64,000 bases of DNA from Nitrososphaerota archaeon (GCA_011605725.1 JAAOZP010000009.1:64001-128000), one strand, 5' to 3'; positions 1 to 10,387 are shown, counted from the stretch's first letter. Notes: generated by a model not told the origin, from the sequence alone. Program-made: numbers and translations.

Positions 1-28
1 AAAACCCTCTGGAAGCGAGAAAAAGTGA
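1..28 (+). CDS. 3' end of upstream gene, probably ribosomal protein uS13 (partial)
   Basis: Frame KPSGSEKK* ends at TGA 26-28; identity inferred only from the usual rps13-rps4 gene order. Confidence 0.4.
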
Positions 29-34
29 TGAGAA

Positions 35-526
35 ATGGGTGATCCCCGTAAGATTAGAAGCAAAATCCTGCATCCGAAGCATCCCTGGGTCAAGGAGCGT
101 CTGACAGAAGAGCTTGTACTCGTAGGGGAGTACGGGTTAAGAAACAAGAGAGAGCTTTGGAGAGCCGCATCCTTCCTGAGAGGCATAAGGGCTTCAGCCC
201 GTTCCTACTTGAGCCTGACGGGTGAGGAAAGGGTTAAGAGGGAGTCGGAACTCATTTCGAGACTACACAGGCTCGGCCTAGTAAGCAGGGACGCGAAGCT
301 TGACGATGTTCTCTCCCTGACTGTTTCAAACGTTCTTGAAAGAAGGCTTCAGACGATAGTTTACAGGAAGGGTTTTGCGAAGACTATTCACAGCGCTAGG
401 CAAGCGATAGTTCACGGCAAGATTATGATAGGTGATCAGGTTGTAAGGTCTCCCAGCTACTTTGTCACGAGAGACGAGGAGCCTCTTGTAAGGGTTAAGA
501 CAGTTGAGGAGAATAAGGCTGTGTAA
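35..526 (+). CDS. rps4: 30S ribosomal protein uS4
   Basis: MGDPRK...HPW, YGLRNKRELW, LERRLQTIV S4 motifs. Confidence 0.97.
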   Translation: MGDPRKIRSKILHPKHPWVKERLTEELVLVGEYGLRNKRELWRAASFLRGIRASARSYLSLTGEERVKRESELISRLHRLGLVSRDAKLDDVLSLTVSNVLERRLQTIVYRKGFAKTIHSARQAIVHGKIMIGDQVVRSPSYFVTRDEEPLVRVKTVEENKAV

Positions 527-745
527 GCCTTTTCTACCACAGGATTAACCGCTAAAAGCGGTGAATAAAAGGTCTCCAGAATGTTAACCCGGCTGAGGAG
601 GATGGTTTAAAGCGTATAAGGGGGCGTCACGGCCCTGAGGCGTCGAAAGCAAATCCGACTCAACCATGTCGTTCATAAAGCATTGTTTAAAGTTTTTAAA
701 CCTGGGGGGCAGGCTTTAAACTGACGAGCTCCTGTTTTCGAAAGT

Positions 746-1141
746 CTAGAACCTTCTGCCTCTTCTTCCTCCAGGTTTCCTCGTCCCGTCTGTTGGAATA
801 GGCGTAACGTCTTCTATCGCGATTATCCTTAACCCGGCTCTTGTTAATGCTCTTATAGCTGCCTGAGCCCCCTGCCCAGGGGTTCTCGACTTTATGCCTC
901 CTGGAGCCCTAACCCTCACCTTAATGCTTGTTATTCCAATCTTCTTCAAGGCTCCAGCCACAGTGTTCGCTGCCATCATGGCCCCGTATGGGCTTCCTCC
1001 TAAACGATCCGCCTTAACATGCTGGCCGGCTGTGGATACTGCAAGGGTTGACGAGCCGCTTGGATCCGTGGCATGCACTATAGTATTGTTGCTGGAGGAG
1101 TATATTCGTACGACTGCATACTTACCTTGCTCAGTGCTCAC
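746..1141 (-). CDS. rps11: 30S ribosomal protein uS11 (inverted relative to neighbours); GTG start at 1141
   Basis: [47 protein letters not shown]. Confidence 0.97.
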   Translation of the reverse strand: MSTEQGKYAVVRIYSSSNNTIVHATDPSGSSTLAVSTAGQHVKADRLGGSPYGAMMAANTVAGALKKIGITSIKVRVRAPGGIKSRTPGQGAQAAIRALTRAGLRIIAIEDVTPIPTDGTRKPGGRRGRRF

Positions 1142-1255
1142 GCAGCAATCCTGCTTAAGGAGGTTAATAAGCGTTCTCCAAGCGGCTTCTTCAACAGTCC
1201 CAGCCTGTGGAAAGCTAACCCTTAAATACCTTCCCCGGAAAAATAGCACGTTAAC

Positions 1256-1942
1256 ATGGATGTAAAGATACTTAGGCTGAGCGACGAGTATCTAGAGGCT
1301 AGGCTGGAAGGATGCTCAGAGGCGCTTGTAAACGCGATTAGAAGAGCTATTCTTGAAGAGGTTCCTACGCTGGCGATTCACGAAGTATTCATATTTGAAA
1401 ACTCCAGCCCCATGTTCGACGAGGTTCTTTCCAACAGGCTTGGCCTAATACCCTTAAGAACCCCGCCTGGGAAATACCTGCCGATGGATTCTCAGGAATG
1501 CCTGCAGGGCTCTAGTGAGAAGTGTTTCACATCGCTTAGCATAGATGTTTCCGCCGGCGACTCTCCTTTGACGGTCTACTCTAAGCATCTCGTCTGCAGA
1601 GATGAAGAGGTCTACCCTGTCTACAGCAACATTCCTATAACCAGGCTTCCCCCAGGCGGGAAGCTTAGGCTGGAGGCAATAGCTAGGCTTGGAAGGGGTA
1701 AGATGCATGCTAAATGGCAGCCAGCCTCCCTGGCTACGTACAGCTTCACAGACTCCCCGGATACGTTCATTTTCAAGCTTGAATCAACGGGTTCTCTGCC
1801 ATCAATAGAGGTCTTCAGACAGGCTCTGGATATTCTGAGAGATAAGTTTAAAACGCTTCTGGATTCTCTCACGCTTCCTGAGGTTGAAGAGAAGCGTGGC
1901 GGCGAGGAGAGTGTTGCTTTCGGTGAGGAAGGCGGCAGGTGA
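1256..1942 (+). CDS. rpoD: RNA polymerase subunit Rpo3/D
   Basis: [45 protein letters not shown]. Confidence 0.96.
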   Translation: MDVKILRLSDEYLEARLEGCSEALVNAIRRAILEEVPTLAIHEVFIFENSSPMFDEVLSNRLGLIPLRTPPGKYLPMDSQECLQGSSEKCFTSLSIDVSAGDSPLTVYSKHLVCRDEEVYPVYSNIPITRLPPGGKLRLEAIARLGRGKMHAKWQPASLATYSFTDSPDTFIFKLESTGSLPSIEVFRQALDILRDKFKTLLDSLTLPEVEEKRGGEESVAFGEEGGR

Positions 1943-2228
1943 CTCCAGGTTCTGGAAGAGGGTTGAAAGCCTTTTATCCAGACCTAGGAGCAGGCTGGCT
2001 GAGGTTAACGTGGGTAAGATTGCACGTTTAACCCAGAAGGGCGACCGTGTAGTTGTCCCTGGGAAAGTCTTAGGTAAGGGAGAGATTAACCATAGTGTCA
2101 CGATTGCTGCTCTCTCGTTCTCCTCGACCGCGCTAAGTAAGTTGAGGTCAGCCGGATGCAAGGTTATGCGGCTGGACGAGTTCACCATGGTTGAGCAGAA
2201 GGGTTCCGGGGTGAAAATAATTGTCTGA
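1884..2228 (+). CDS. rpl18e: 50S ribosomal protein eL18
   Basis: EVNVGKI, VVVPGKVLGKG; position after rpoD. Confidence 0.95.
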   Translation: MKRSVAARRVLLSVRKAAGDSRFWKRVESLLSRPRSRLAEVNVGKIARLTQKGDRVVVPGKVLGKGEINHSVTIAALSFSSTALSKLRSAGCKVMRLDEFTMVEQKGSGVKIIV

Positions 2229-2661
2229 GAAGACTCTTGTGGTTGACGCGACTGACCAGGTTCTCGGAAGAATGTGTTCAATCATAGCTAAGAGGCTTCT
2301 TGAAGGATACAGGGTGTACGTGGTTAACGTCGAGAAAACGAGAATATCTGGAAGCAAGGACCGCTTCATCAGAGAGTATACGGGCTTCCTCGAGGTGAAG
2401 AGTGTTAGAAACCCTAAGCATACGCCTAGACATCCGAGAAACCCGGTGACCTATGTTAGGAGCGTTATAAAAGGTATGCTTCCGATGGATAAGCCAAAAG
2501 GAGTGGAAGCGTTTAGAAGGCTCCGAGTCTACTGTGGCTGGCCGAGTAGTGTTAAGGGTGAAGTCGTAAAGTTTAAGCATGCTGATGCCTCTAGGCTTGG
2601 CAGAAGCTCCTTTACTCTTTCAGATTTAAAAGGGTTTTTCAGTGTTCCGGAGGCTGATTAG
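2221..2661 (+). CDS. rpl13: 50S ribosomal protein uL13
   Basis: VVDATDQVLGR, VIKGMLP, RLRVYCG. Confidence 0.95.
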   Translation: MSEKTLVVDATDQVLGRMCSIIAKRLLEGYRVYVVNVEKTRISGSKDRFIREYTGFLEVKSVRNPKHTPRHPRNPVTYVRSVIKGMLPMDKPKGVEAFRRLRVYCGWPSSVKGEVVKFKHADASRLGRSSFTLSDLKGFFSVPEAD

Positions 2662-2663
2662 GT

Positions 2664-3077
2664 TTGCCGACTCCTAGAAAACTACCTCTGATTGTAACGG
2701 GTTCTGTCAAGAGCTCAGTAGCTAGAGCTGTTATCAAACAGGGTTCTGGACGCATCATTATAAACGGCTACCCTGCTGAAAACTGGCTTTACAACCCTTA
2801 CAGGATGCTTGCCTTAACGCCTTTGAAACTTCTTCCTGAACAGTTTAAAGATGTTGATGTTGAGGTTAAGGTTGAAGGCGGAGGCCATGCTTCGCAGGCC
2901 AGGGCGGTTATGCAGGCTTTAGCCAGAGGTATTACGCAGTGGACGAGGAGCTCCAGCGTAAGAAATATTTTCAGAATGTTCGACAGGCATCTTCTCTCAG
3001 GAGACCCTCGTAGAAAGGAGCCTAAGAAGTTTGGAGGACCCGGTGCGAGAAGGAGGTTTCAAAAGTCTTACAGGTAG
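2664..3077 (+). CDS. rps9: 30S ribosomal protein uS9
   Basis: DPRRKEPKKFGGPGARRRFQKSYR. Confidence 0.97.
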   Translation: MPTPRKLPLIVTGSVKSSVARAVIKQGSGRIIINGYPAENWLYNPYRMLALTPLKLLPEQFKDVDVEVKVEGGGHASQARAVMQALARGITQWTRSSSVRNIFRMFDRHLLSGDPRRKEPKKFGGPGARRRFQKSYR

Positions 3078-3088
3078 GTGATCACGTT

Positions 3089-3313
3089 TTGATGTTTCCA
3101 GTCAGATGTTTCACGTGCGGCAAGGTAATAGGCCATTTATGGGAGGAGTATCAGAGGAGGGTAGCCTCAGGTGAAGACCCGAAGCACGTGCTCGACTCGC
3201 TCAACGTCACAAGGATCTGTTGCAGACGAATGTTTATTTCCCACGTGGATTATATTGACGAGCTGCTTTCATACTCGCGAGGATTATCTCTGGAGGGGGA
3301 CCATAGGCAATGA
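3089..3313 (+). CDS. rpoN: RNA polymerase subunit Rpo10/N
   Basis: FPVRCFTCGK...RICCRRM. Confidence 0.97.
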   Translation: MMFPVRCFTCGKVIGHLWEEYQRRVASGEDPKHVLDSLNVTRICCRRMFISHVDYIDELLSYSRGLSLEGDHRQ

Positions 3314-3948
3314 GCAGCAGTGAGAAAAGCGGGGAAGGATTATTGATTCTGAGAACAGAGTACATTGCCGCAGGCGTCCATATAGGAACCAAGGTTTGCA
3401 CCGTCTGCATGAGGCGTTTCGTAAGATTCACCAGGCCTGACGGGCTGAACCTGATCGAGATCTCCCAGACAGATGAGAAGATCAGGATTGCCGGCAAAGG
3501 GTTATCCAGATATGATCCGGGTGACGTTATAATCGTGTCCGGCAAAGAGTATGGGAGAACACCTGTTCTTAAAATGTGCGAGTACACTGGTTTTAAACCT
3601 ATTGTTGAAAGGTTTCCGCCAGGGATTTTCTCCAACCCGAAGTATGAAGGCTATATTTCTCCGAAGATAATTCTTGTTTCAGATCCTAAGGTTGACGAGA
3701 AGGCTATTCGAGAAGCAACGCTTATCGGAATACCTGTGATAGGTATATGTGACACTGACGATTCCTGTTCTTACATAGACCTCATCATTCCAGCTAACAA
3801 CAAGGGTCGCAGCTCCCTAGCCCTAGTCTTCTGGCTTCTCACTAGAGAAGTTCTTAGAAACAAGGGAGTGCTCTCTCCAACTGAAAGCATGAGCGAAAAC
3901 TTTCATGCTTTCGAAACTCAGATGGAAGAGGCTGCGGAGACAGTCTAA
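3310..3948 (+). CDS. rps2: 30S ribosomal protein uS2
   Basis: AAGVHIGT, RFPPGIFSNP, DLIIPANNKG. Confidence 0.96.
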   Translation: MSSSEKSGEGLLILRTEYIAAGVHIGTKVCTVCMRRFVRFTRPDGLNLIEISQTDEKIRIAGKGLSRYDPGDVIIVSGKEYGRTPVLKMCEYTGFKPIVERFPPGIFSNPKYEGYISPKIILVSDPKVDEKAIREATLIGIPVIGICDTDDSCSYIDLIIPANNKGRSSLALVFWLLTREVLRNKGVLSPTESMSENFHAFETQMEEAAETV

Positions 3949-3949
3949 C

Positions 3950-4795
3950 ATGGTTAGGGTTAGAAAGCCAGCATACGCTGGAAGCTGGTATGAGGGCACT
4001 AAGGAAAGTCTCTTAGCGCAGCTTCATGGTCTTTTCAAGGGTAGGCTAGGGTACGGAGGCCTCCCGGTTCTGGGGGAGTATGATCCACGGCTGCTTGGCC
4101 TGATGGTTCCGCATGCTGGCTACGTTTACTCAGGCATGGCCGCCACATGGGCCTATGGCGAGGCTGCTAAGCATGGTCCGAGAGACATTGTGGTGGTAAT
4201 GGGGCCTGACCACCATATGGCTTCCTCAGGCTTCGCTACAATGAGCGAGGGCGTGTGGCGTACTCCGCTTGGTGACGTTGAGGTTGACAGGCAGACGGTG
4301 AGCCTACTGCTCAGCTCCGCGCCATTCGTTGAGGATAGTTTTCACGCTCATGCTTTCGAACACTCTGTTGAAATACAGCTTCCGTTTCTCCAGCTTATTT
4401 ACGGCAGCTCGTTCAAGCTTATCCCGATAATAATACATGATTTCAACCTTGACAGGAACATTATGCTTGGAAAAGCGTTATACAAGGCTCTTGAAGGGAA
4501 AAAGGCTATCGTGCTTGCAAGCTCAGATATGAGCCATTATGTTCCAGCCAGAGAGGCTGAGGAGAATGATATGAAGACTATTAGAGCGATAGAGTCGCTG
4601 GATGAAAAGCTGGTTCATTCCGTCGCCGTCAACTATGAGTCGCTCTGCGGCCTAGGTCCAGTCATAGCTCTAGTCTCATGCGTGAAAGAGATGGGGTGCT
4701 CCAGAGCCACCTTGTTAAAATATTACTCTTCAGGAGAAATTACTGCTGACTACGGTGGTGTAGTGGGATACGCCTCAGTAGCCTTCTTTAAGTGA
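3950..4795 (+). CDS. MEMO1 family protein (AmmeMemoRadiSam protein B)
   Basis: RKPAYAGSWY, PHAGYVYSG, EHSVEIQLPFLQ, SSDMSHY. Confidence 0.93.
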   Translation: MVRVRKPAYAGSWYEGTKESLLAQLHGLFKGRLGYGGLPVLGEYDPRLLGLMVPHAGYVYSGMAATWAYGEAAKHGPRDIVVVMGPDHHMASSGFATMSEGVWRTPLGDVEVDRQTVSLLLSSAPFVEDSFHAHAFEHSVEIQLPFLQLIYGSSFKLIPIIIHDFNLDRNIMLGKALYKALEGKKAIVLASSDMSHYVPAREAEENDMKTIRAIESLDEKLVHSVAVNYESLCGLGPVIALVSCVKEMGCSRATLLKYYSSGEITADYGGVVGYASVAFFK

Positions 4796-4801
4796 ACAGG
4801 G

Positions 4802-5758
4802 TTGAAAATAGTTTGTAATGCTCCTGCTAAGGTAATAATTTCCGGAGAGCACGCTGTAGTATATGGCCACCCTGCCCTAGTGGCCGCGGTCAACGTTTAC
4901 TCTAAGGTTTCTGTCGAGGCGTTTGACGAGATCGGTGCCCACGAAATATTCTCCGAAAAGTATGGGTTTGCGAAGATGATAGGGAGGGCTTTCTCAGGGC
5001 CCAGCCAGCTGAAGCCCTTCGCTAGAATCATAGATGTTTTCAGGGATTCTGAAGGGTTTAAAGGCAGGCTCAGGGTTCGCATAAGCTCTGAGATTCCCCC
5101 CGCTTCAGGAATGGGTTCTTCAGCATCATTGTCCGTCGCGCTGGCTAATGCACTGCTTAAACTGGTTTACGATAAGCCTAGTGACGAGAAGGTGTTCAGC
5201 CTCGCCATGGAAGGGGAGAGGGTTGCTCATGTTAACCCGAGTGGCGTGGATGTGGCTGCAGCACTCTGGGGAGGTCTAATCCTGTTCGTTAAGGATAAGG
5301 GTGTTGAACGGCTTGAGGCTGGGCAGGGAGTATTCCTGCTAGCAGACTCAGGCTTGGAGCGGAATACTAAGGATATGATTATGAAGGTGGCTTCGCTCAA
5401 AGATAGGGAGCCGGATCTCTTCAACATAATAATGGCTTCCGTAAGCAATATCACGCTCAGGATAAGCCGCCTCCTTCAGACGGATATTGCTGAGGCAGGC
5501 AGGCTCATGACTCTGAACCATCTCCTCCTATCCCTAATGGGTGTTTCAAACAGTAGGCTGGACTCGCTGGTGTGGGCGAGCATATCTGCCGGCGCGTACG
5601 GCGCTAAGCTAACCGGCGGGGGCGGCGGTGGATGTGTCCTAGCCCTAGTCGACGAGAAATCCCTGGGCGCTGTTGAAGAGGCCCTACACAATCTGGATGC
5701 CCCCACAATGGTTTTAAGAATGGTTGAGAAAGGAGTTTACTCGGAGGAATTAGAATAG
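4802..5758 (+). CDS. mvk: mevalonate kinase
   Basis: PAKVIISGEHAVVYG, PPASGMGSSAS, GAKLTGGGGGG GHMP motifs; conserved context. Confidence 0.93.
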   Translation: MKIVCNAPAKVIISGEHAVVYGHPALVAAVNVYSKVSVEAFDEIGAHEIFSEKYGFAKMIGRAFSGPSQLKPFARIIDVFRDSEGFKGRLRVRISSEIPPASGMGSSASLSVALANALLKLVYDKPSDEKVFSLAMEGERVAHVNPSGVDVAAALWGGLILFVKDKGVERLEAGQGVFLLADSGLERNTKDMIMKVASLKDREPDLFNIIMASVSNITLRISRLLQTDIAEAGRLMTLNHLLLSLMGVSNSRLDSLVWASISAGAYGAKLTGGGGGGCVLALVDEKSLGAVEEALHNLDAPTMVLRMVEKGVYSEELE

Positions 5759-5906
5759 AAGACTTTTCTGAATCGCAAACCGCGTCTTAGGATTCCGCTT
5801 CCCTTCAAAATGCATGGGGTTTCGAATACCCGGCGATATGCAGTAACCAGTATAAATCAGGCTAGGCCTCAGCACCGCGTCCCGCACGATGCGTCACGAG
5901 TCTGGT

Positions 5907-8900
5907 TTATGAAGGTGGGGGAGGCGGCGGTGGAAGTGGTTTAGGCTTTCTTTCAAGCTTAAGTGCAACGAGAACCACTATGGCTGAAACCACTATGATT
6001 ATAATGCTCAAGATCAGGAACACCTGAGTGTAATTCTCGTCATAGAGTGCTGTGAGCGTTAAAACAGTCTGTTCACCCGTCATCTGAACAACCACCTCAC
6101 TATCCTTGGTTTCAACCGCTCCAGTCCAACGGTTAAACCGATACTTGCCTCCAAGCATTCCGAGAAAGCCTTTCATCGGCTCCTCCAGCGGTGCCCTAAC
6201 CCTTACCATGTCGCCCTCCTCGTATGTTCCCGACCCGTTGATCTTCAAACCTACGTTAGAATCAACCGTCATAGTATACGTCTTAATCTGCTCCGGTTTA
6301 ACGATCTGAACATGCACAATCTTAACAGCCGTGTTCACGCCATCCGTCGCCTTTATCTGTATTTCATAATCTCCCTCCGGAAACTCGCTTCCCCCAAGCC
6401 TTGCGCTAGAAGGATCCATGTATACGCGCTCTACGAATTCGTCCTCGCTTATCGTTGGGGCGCCCAAGGTTATCCTGTCCTTAGTTATCCTGTTGGCCAG
6501 CATCCTCCAGGTCTCCTCACCCCTCCTCCTTATGAGGACAGTATACCACAGTTGATCACCGTCTGCATCCGTGCCCCTCCAGATTATAGTGTAGTTACGA
6601 CCAGTACCCAACTTCTTTCCCTCGGGAGGATAAACGATCTCGAGGACTGGTGCATGGGTTGAAACACTCCTAGTGAACCATACTTTTCCATCAGGGCCAG
6701 TAAGCTCTATCCTCCCAAGATTGTCTAACCATGGTACTATTCTCACGAACGGGATCGCATCCGTAGGCTTATATCCTCCAGGGTCAGTAAAGTAGTAGAA
6801 AGACATGTTATAGGGATACCTTTTGAAAACAGTACCGTTCTTAAGGTATAGCGTCAGCGAGAAGTTCCCAGTCCCCTCGGGCTCTAGATACGTCCAGCTG
6901 TAGTTGTAAAGCCTCTGAAACGGCCTTCCCAACACCGTTCCGTTCCTGCATATTATCATTGAGATGAGAAGGGCCTCTGGGTCATCCCCGCTGACGCCGG
7001 CGACAATCCTCCAAGAGGACCAAGCCCAGTAACCATCTTTGGCTCCTCCAGCATGATCCATTATGTCGCGCGCTGCTACATAACTTGGGTTAGGCATTCT
7101 GATAAAGAATGGTCCAAGCGCGCTATAGATATCGGTGTTCGCACTGAACTCATAATACTTGAATATCTTTACTATTCCTCCTTTGAACTCGTCGAAATAA
7201 ACGCATTCCTCAGGCACAACAATAGCATACCCATCGTAGATATCGTAAAGCATACCGAAGGTGTGAGAAAGCTCGTGCGCAACCGTTGGGAAGTAGAGAT
7301 TTTTCGTATGCGTACTATTAACCGCCTCATCGTACTCTACGAACGCCACATGGAAGCCCTGGTCCCAAAAAGGGCGTGATTCCGCGCCTGGAGAAGCCCA
7401 CTGCGGCCAGGCATACACTATTCCGACATTGTTGCCGCCTATATCACCATTGGGAACTATGGCTACAACCCTTCCAAACCCTTCCTCCGCAGCCTCCTCA
7501 GCCGCAGTGTCAGCGTTCCACCACCCGATGTCGCCACTATAGTACAATTCGGTCACGGGGTATGTGCCGTAATAATCTTTAAAGATCCCGCTTAGATATA
7601 TCTGATAGCGATATACAGGGCGTTGTCCCCACGGCGTAGATATCCAGTATGCCGGCGTGGCGATTTCCCTAAGGTATTCTGAACGTTGGTCGTGTGTGAA
7701 CCTACGATCCTCCTCCCAAAGCACCACTTTTATACGACGAGCGTAATCATACTCTATCGGATAGATTCCAACCCGAAAGGTCTCGGATACGGTGGTGATG
7801 CTTCCCTCATCCCATGTTACTTTCCTATGCGGATCGAAGTCAACCCGTACTTGAACGTCTCCGACGGAACTCGGCCTGGGAAGGAAACCGCTCCCCTGGC
7901 CCACCTCCTCCATCAGGTAGAGGATGCCAGTCTCACCGGCTGCGGTAGGGTTGAGCGTTGCCCTACCGTAATAGACCCAATGCGGAGGGTCACCCTCCTT
8001 CCTAAGGCCAGCGTAATGCCAATACTCTACTCCGATGATTGCTGACTCCGCCGAGGGGTCCTTCCAACTGTTTACATTTCCGAGGTCAAGCCTGTATTCC
8101 ACGTCCATAGGGGAATTGTATTCAAGCCTGTATTCTAGCTTGAATATCGTCTGCTTACCGGCTATGAGTTTTGACCCGTGCTGCGTCAAAGGTTTCAGGC
8201 TGAGTATCTGAAGCTTCGGTATGTTGTAATAGAAACCTAAGTGGAGCGTGGTGGATTTCTCAACGCCGGACTGCGAGACGCCTCTCACCGTTATAATGTA
8301 AGCCTTCACCACGCCTCCGGGCATCGTAAGGCTTCTCCAATTGACGGTTGCATCCACGGTGAAGCCTAGGCTGAGAGTGAGCTCCGTTTCCAGCCACAGG
8401 TTCTCCCGAATCAGGCTTGTAGGGGCTCTGATACCTGTGCCCTCTACCCACATGGTGACGCCTTCGGGAAGACCACTCTGTTCAAGCCTTATCATCTCGC
8501 TGTCGCCGCTTATCTTCCTGAGCCTTATTTCATAGCCTGTTTTCGAGACAGTGCTCTCCCCTAGGGCTAGCGGAGTGAGATCGATTTGCAGAGGGAAGCG
8601 CCCGATAACTTCAAGAGTATAATCTATTTTTTGAGGGGGTGGCGGCGGGGTTGTTGAACCTTTAATCGTTAGCATGTAGTTCTTAGACACTGTCCCTAAT
8701 CCGTCAAGATAGCTGTCACGAGCCTCGACTGTGAAATAGTAGGTTATCGTGGTTCCTGGTTGAGCATTACGCGGGGTGCCAGACAGCGTGAGCGTAGGTC
8801 CTCTCATGCTTGAGGGTGATATACCCATCCCTGGAGGAGTATCCCCATATATTCTCCACTGCGTGTATGGCTTATGGTTATCAGGAAAATCTGTGCTGAA

Positions 8901-9092
8901 CACCACGGAGTAAGGTTTCCCCTCTTCCCCGTCTGGAAGCACGTAGTAAGTCTTACCGCCAATAAGTCTCGTCCCAACTGGCAAAGGGTTTGAGTATACG
9001 GCGTATGGGCTGCACAGGACTGTTGTGAAAGATGTTGAGACGATAAGTAGCAACAATAAGACGCCCTTATTCAAGTTAAGATTCAATCTCAT
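5907..9092 (-). CDS. large secreted, membrane-anchored zinc metalloprotease with Ig-like domains
   Basis: N-terminal signal peptide; Ig-like module (LPDGEEGKPY...LSGTP...FTVEARDS); VAHELSHTFGMLYDIYD (HExxH) and DIM Met-turn-like segment; C-terminal TM helix and poly-Pro tail. Confidence 0.8.
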   Translation of the reverse strand: MRLNLNLNKGVLLLLLIVSTSFTTVLCSPYAVYSNPLPVGTRLIGGKTYYVLPDGEEGKPYSVVFSTDFPDNHKPYTQWRIYGDTPPGMGISPSSMRGPTLTLSGTPRNAQPGTTITYYFTVEARDSYLDGLGTVSKNYMLTIKGSTTPPPPPQKIDYTLEVIGRFPLQIDLTPLALGESTVSKTGYEIRLRKISGDSEMIRLEQSGLPEGVTMWVEGTGIRAPTSLIRENLWLETELTLSLGFTVDATVNWRSLTMPGGVVKAYIITVRGVSQSGVEKSTTLHLGFYYNIPKLQILSLKPLTQHGSKLIAGKQTIFKLEYRLEYNSPMDVEYRLDLGNVNSWKDPSAESAIIGVEYWHYAGLRKEGDPPHWVYYGRATLNPTAAGETGILYLMEEVGQGSGFLPRPSSVGDVQVRVDFDPHRKVTWDEGSITTVSETFRVGIYPIEYDYARRIKVVLWEEDRRFTHDQRSEYLREIATPAYWISTPWGQRPVYRYQIYLSGIFKDYYGTYPVTELYYSGDIGWWNADTAAEEAAEEGFGRVVAIVPNGDIGGNNVGIVYAWPQWASPGAESRPFWDQGFHVAFVEYDEAVNSTHTKNLYFPTVAHELSHTFGMLYDIYDGYAIVVPEECVYFDEFKGGIVKIFKYYEFSANTDIYSALGPFFIRMPNPSYVAARDIMDHAGGAKDGYWAWSSWRIVAGVSGDDPEALLISMIICRNGTVLGRPFQRLYNYSWTYLEPEGTGNFSLTLYLKNGTVFKRYPYNMSFYYFTDPGGYKPTDAIPFVRIVPWLDNLGRIELTGPDGKVWFTRSVSTHAPVLEIVYPPEGKKLGTGRNYTIIWRGTDADGDQLWYTVLIRRRGEETWRMLANRITKDRITLGAPTISEDEFVERVYMDPSSARLGGSEFPEGDYEIQIKATDGVNTAVKIVHVQIVKPEQIKTYTMTVDSNVGLKINGSGTYEEGDMVRVRAPLEEPMKGFLGMLGGKYRFNRWTGAVETKDSEVVVQMTGEQTVLTLTALYDENYTQVFLILSIIIIVVSAIVVLVALKLERKPKPLPPPPPPPS

Positions 9093-9274
9093 TTAGTGCA
9101 TGTATCCACTAGGTGGTCCTATTTATTTTTTTGGTGATAACGAGTTATTTTAAGGTGTAGGCTTTCTTCCAGCTTTCTATCTAGTTGCTTCTTCCTGCTT
9201 AAGATGGGTATGGAGGGAAAAGCATCCAACCTTCTGAATCGTCTTCCAAAGCTTGGCAACACAGTTAAAAACTC

Positions 9275-10387
9275 TTGAAGAGTCTTCAAACCGTGGCAAC
9301 GGAGAGCAGGAAGGCTGAGCACATCCGGATAGCCCTTGAGAGAGACGTGTCCTCAAGGGTCTCCGCCGGGTTCGAGGACGTTGAGCTCATCCACAACGCT
9401 GTGTGCGAGATTGATCTTAGCGAAATCGATACTGGCGTGACGGTGATGGGTAAGAGGCTTAGGCTGCCGCTTATAATAGAGGCTTTAACCGGAGGAACCA
9501 GGGAGGCTAAAAGGGTAAACATGGGTTTGGCTGAGGTTGCTGAAACCGAGGGGATAGGGATCGGCGTCGGAAGCGTTAGGGCTGCTATGGAGGATCCCAG
9601 TCTTGCAGACACTTATTCGATAGTCAGGGACAGGGCTCCGAGAACACTGGTGGTTTCAAACATAGGTGCTGTCCAGGTTGCTAAACATGGTTCAGAGTAT
9701 GCTTTGAAAACGATGGAGATCGTTGGGGCTGACGCGCTGGCTATACATTTCAACAAGCTACAGGAGCTGATAATGCCTGAGGGGGAAACATGTTTCAAAG
9801 GGGTGGGCAATCATGTGGCGGAACTATCCAGGAGGCTTGGGGAGAAGCTTTGCCTCAAGGAGACTGGCGCAGGCTTCAGCGGGGAGGCTGCTAGGCTTGC
9901 AGAGTCCTGGGGTGTCAAATGGGTTGACGTTGCTGGTGTCGGCGGGACAAGCTGGTATGCTGTAGAATATTATCGTTCAGGAAAACACGACAGTAAGGCT
10001 TCTATGCTCGGCAAAAGCCTTTGGGACTGGGGAGTTCCCACAGCCGTTAGCATTGTTGAATCAAAAATGTTCACGCGTAGCCTGAGAGTGATAGCGAGCG
10101 GCGGCGTCAGGACCGGTGTTGACGCTGCTAAAGCCATTGCGCTCGGAGCCAGCTGCGTGGGTATCGCTAGACCATTCCTAGTTTCTTTCTCAAAAGGCGG
10201 TGTAAATGAGGCTAGGAGGCTGGTTAAATCCTTCGAGCTTGCCTTAAGATCCACAATGTTCCTAGTTGGTGCTAGGAGTGTTGAGGAGCTATGTTCAGTA
10301 CCGTTGGTGGTGAGAGGCAGGACGGCTGAATGGCTTGAGCAGCGGGGACTGTTGAAAAGACTTCTAAACGGGAGGAGGAGTCCATGA
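9275..10387 (+). CDS. fni: type 2 isopentenyl-diphosphate isomerase
   Basis: RKAEHI, ALTGG, LQELIMPEG, KETGAG, DVAGVGGTSW. Confidence 0.95.
   Translation: MKSLQTVATESRKAEHIRIALERDVSSRVSAGFEDVELIHNAVCEIDLSEIDTGVTVMGKRLRLPLIIEALTGGTREAKRVNMGLAEVAETEGIGIGVGSVRAAMEDPSLADTYSIVRDRAPRTLVVSNIGAVQVAKHGSEYALKTMEIVGADALAIHFNKLQELIMPEGETCFKGVGNHVAELSRRLGEKLCLKETGAGFSGEAARLAESWGVKWVDVAGVGGTSWYAVEYYRSGKHDSKASMLGKSLWDWGVPTAVSIVESKMFTRSLRVIASGGVRTGVDAAKAIALGASCVGIARPFLVSFSKGGVNEARRLVKSFELALRSTMFLVGARSVEELCSVPLVVRGRTAEWLEQRGLLKRLLNGRRSP

Noticed and set aside
592-640. Possible C/D sRNA (CTGAGGA...CTGA) between rps4 and rps11
   Set aside because: Imperfect box C, no C'/D' boxes, no terminal stem, no target identified.
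711-748. Hammerhead-like CTGACGAG...CGAAA core after rps11
   Set aside because: A stem III can be drawn, but stem I has only 4 nt and stem II does not pair.
3385-3412. CxxC (VCTVC) in uS2
   Set aside because: A single motif with no evidence of a partner pair; cannot be interpreted without an alignment.
5816-5835. GGGGTTTCGAATACCC resembling a tRNA T-arm or att site beside the protease gene
   Set aside because: Non-canonical loop, no acceptor stem or second copy in the window.
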